A program made the position numbers and the translations under genes. 24,337 nucleotides of DNA from Planctomycetaceae bacterium (GTDB lineage Bacteria; Planctomycetota; Planctomycetia; Pirellulales; Thermoguttaceae): positions 1 to 24,337 of the forward strand of contig JAISQH010000381.1 of assembly GCA_031274385.1 (NCBI GenBank). The letters are read 5' to 3'. Below the pieces are notes generated by a model. It was not told where the DNA came from and made no database searches. It was given only the letters and a program-made list of their open reading frames with translations. Positions 22,878 to 24,337 of this stretch are shown piece after piece. Within the stretch, counting starts at the first letter, position 1, and each line of letters starts with the position of its first letter.

Positions 22878-24337
22878 TTATTTTCGGACGTTTTCTCTTT
22901 TTCGATACAAGAACCATGCACTTCCGAACACGATGAGGAAACAACCGAGATATTTCAAACCGCGTCCGGGATCGTCGTTAATAGAAAGTGTACTCATAAA
23001 CAGTGATTCGCGTGGTTTTTTTTCCCATGGAAAAATTTTCCCGTCGTACAGTTCATAAAACCAGGGATTGTCAGGATGGTAAGGACCGGCGTAGGAACTC
23101 TGATAAATTCGGTAACTTCGTCCGGTTCCCTTAAAAAGACCGGGATGATTCATTGAAATCAGAACATCCTTACCGTTTTCCAAAATCCGAAAATCGTCCG
23201 GCGAACGCGAAAATTCCGACTGAGTTTCCGAACGGTTTTTCATTTCGACAAAATCCACAAGGCTGGAATAATGTGACGACATTCGGGTTCCCGGTTCGGT
23301 TCGCATTTCAAATCGTTTCAGAAAAATACCGAAGCCAAGTTCGATGGTATCGTAATTCCATTGGATTTGAACAGACCGTGTGTTGCCGTGAACATACCGA
23401 ATCTGATCCCGTTCCGGCGGAAGCGGAACAACCGACTTTTCCACCGCACGTAACCAAAATGTGTCTTCTTTACCGTCAAGTGTAACACGAAGTTTAACCC
23501 GTTGCACCGCCTCTTGTCCCTTCCCGATAGGCAGAGCAAGAATCCGTACACCGGGCAAATCCTGCGGCACAAACCGCTCAACAACCACTTCCACTTCATC
23601 AGGCGTTTTGGGCGCAACAGAAAATTGCGGTTTCTTGCCGATGGTTCTATCGGGAACAACTCCGTTCGCAATCATACTTCGACCATTCCAGAAACGATAA
23701 TACAATTTTTTGTCCGGTCCTTGTAACAGATCCAGACGCGGCAGGACAAGGCGTTGCAAAAGGGGATGGTCGGCGTAATCGGCATTTTGTAACATTTTTT
23801 CAGGATTCAGCCAATAGGAACCAAAAACTCCTGTTCGTTGCCCCTGAAGATTCATTTCGGGATTGTCGGGAAACAACGTCAGCCGATCCGCTTCTCCGCT
23901 TGCGGTTAAAAGAGTAAAAGCAATCATCAGACCGCGCGGATTGAATTGAACCTTATCAATTTCGAAAGACAATCCGTCTAATCTGAAACGTTTATTATTT
24001 TCTGTTTCACGAAGCAGCGTATCCACATCGATAAAATAATTTTTTCCGTTGTGGTTCAAAACCACTTGCCCGCGAGTCCCGGCATGTTCCAAGCGATCCG
24101 GCAACCCGTTTCGGAACGCTTCCAGTTCCGGCATGGACAACGCGGTACGATAATTAATTCTTTCACCGCCACCCATTTCCGTTTGCGCGCCGCGAATTTC
24201 CATTCGACCGAAATATTCATGCGGTTTGATTTCAAGCCGAACTCGTTCCCAATTTCGCGGAACCTCTTTGACCTCGCCGAATTCGGTTGTTGTCCGAACG
24301 GTTTTTTTCCAAAGGAGACTCAATTCCAAAGGCGGAA
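22878..24337 (-). CDS. resB: ResB/CcsB-like cytochrome c biogenesis protein, 5' end outside the window
   Basis: The frame is open to the window edge. Large periplasmic domain, FxM...YSS segment, YQSSY and SINDDPGRGLKYLGCFLIVFG C-terminal TM; lies directly upstream of ccsA. Confidence 0.8.
   Translation of the reverse strand, partial: PPLELSLLWKKTVRTTTEFGEVKEVPRNWERVRLEIKPHEYFGRMEIRGAQTEMGGGERINYRTALSMPELEAFRNGLPDRLEHAGTRGQVVLNHNGKNYFIDVDTLLRETENNKRFRLDGLSFEIDKVQFNPRGLMIAFTLLTASGEADRLTLFPDNPEMNLQGQRTGVFGSYWLNPEKMLQNADYADHPLLQRLVLPRLDLLQGPDKKLYYRFWNGRSMIANGVVPDRTIGKKPQFSVAPKTPDEVEVVVERFVPQDLPGVRILALPIGKGQEAVQRVKLRVTLDGKEDTFWLRAVEKSVVPLPPERDQIRYVHGNTRSVQIQWNYDTIELGFGIFLKRFEMRTEPGTRMSSHYSSLVDFVEMKNRSETQSEFSRSPDDFRILENGKDVLISMNHPGLFKGTGRSYRIYQSSYAGPYHPDNPWFYELYDGKIFPWEKKPRESLFMSTLSINDDPGRGLKYLGCFLIVFGSAWFLYRKRENVRK

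Noticed and set aside
412-23726. Many 60-150 aa ORFs antisense or out of frame within the long genes
   Set aside because: They are shadow ORFs fully overlapping well-supported genes and carry no motifs.

Overview
AT-rich bacterial window, most consistent with a Planctomycetota genome (inferred from protein families, not proven). Left third (minus strand): the type IV pilus motor genes pilB and pilT are separated by a 2.2-kb insert of two small ORFs and two tandem-duplicated antitoxin-like/PIN (VapC) pairs; the second toxin has an in-frame TAA at codon 22. pilT is followed directly by a HEPN gene and an overlapping unknown partner. A divergent sigma70 promoter drives an outer-membrane beta-barrel protein. 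A decayed patch (about 8.46-10.1 kb) holds gene remnants broken next to small non-coding palindromic elements with GTAAC...GTTAC termini and 9-nt-periodic arms; another copy lies at 18699-18905. A 2805-aa autotransporter with 23 Pmp-type GGA(I/L/V)/FxxN repeats sits behind a near-consensus sigma28 promoter. The right end holds a system II cytochrome c maturation pair (1280-aa CcsA and a ResB-like gene cut by the window edge). No rRNA, tRNA, CRISPR array, transposase or reverse transcriptase was seen. All homology calls are from motif recognition, not database searches.
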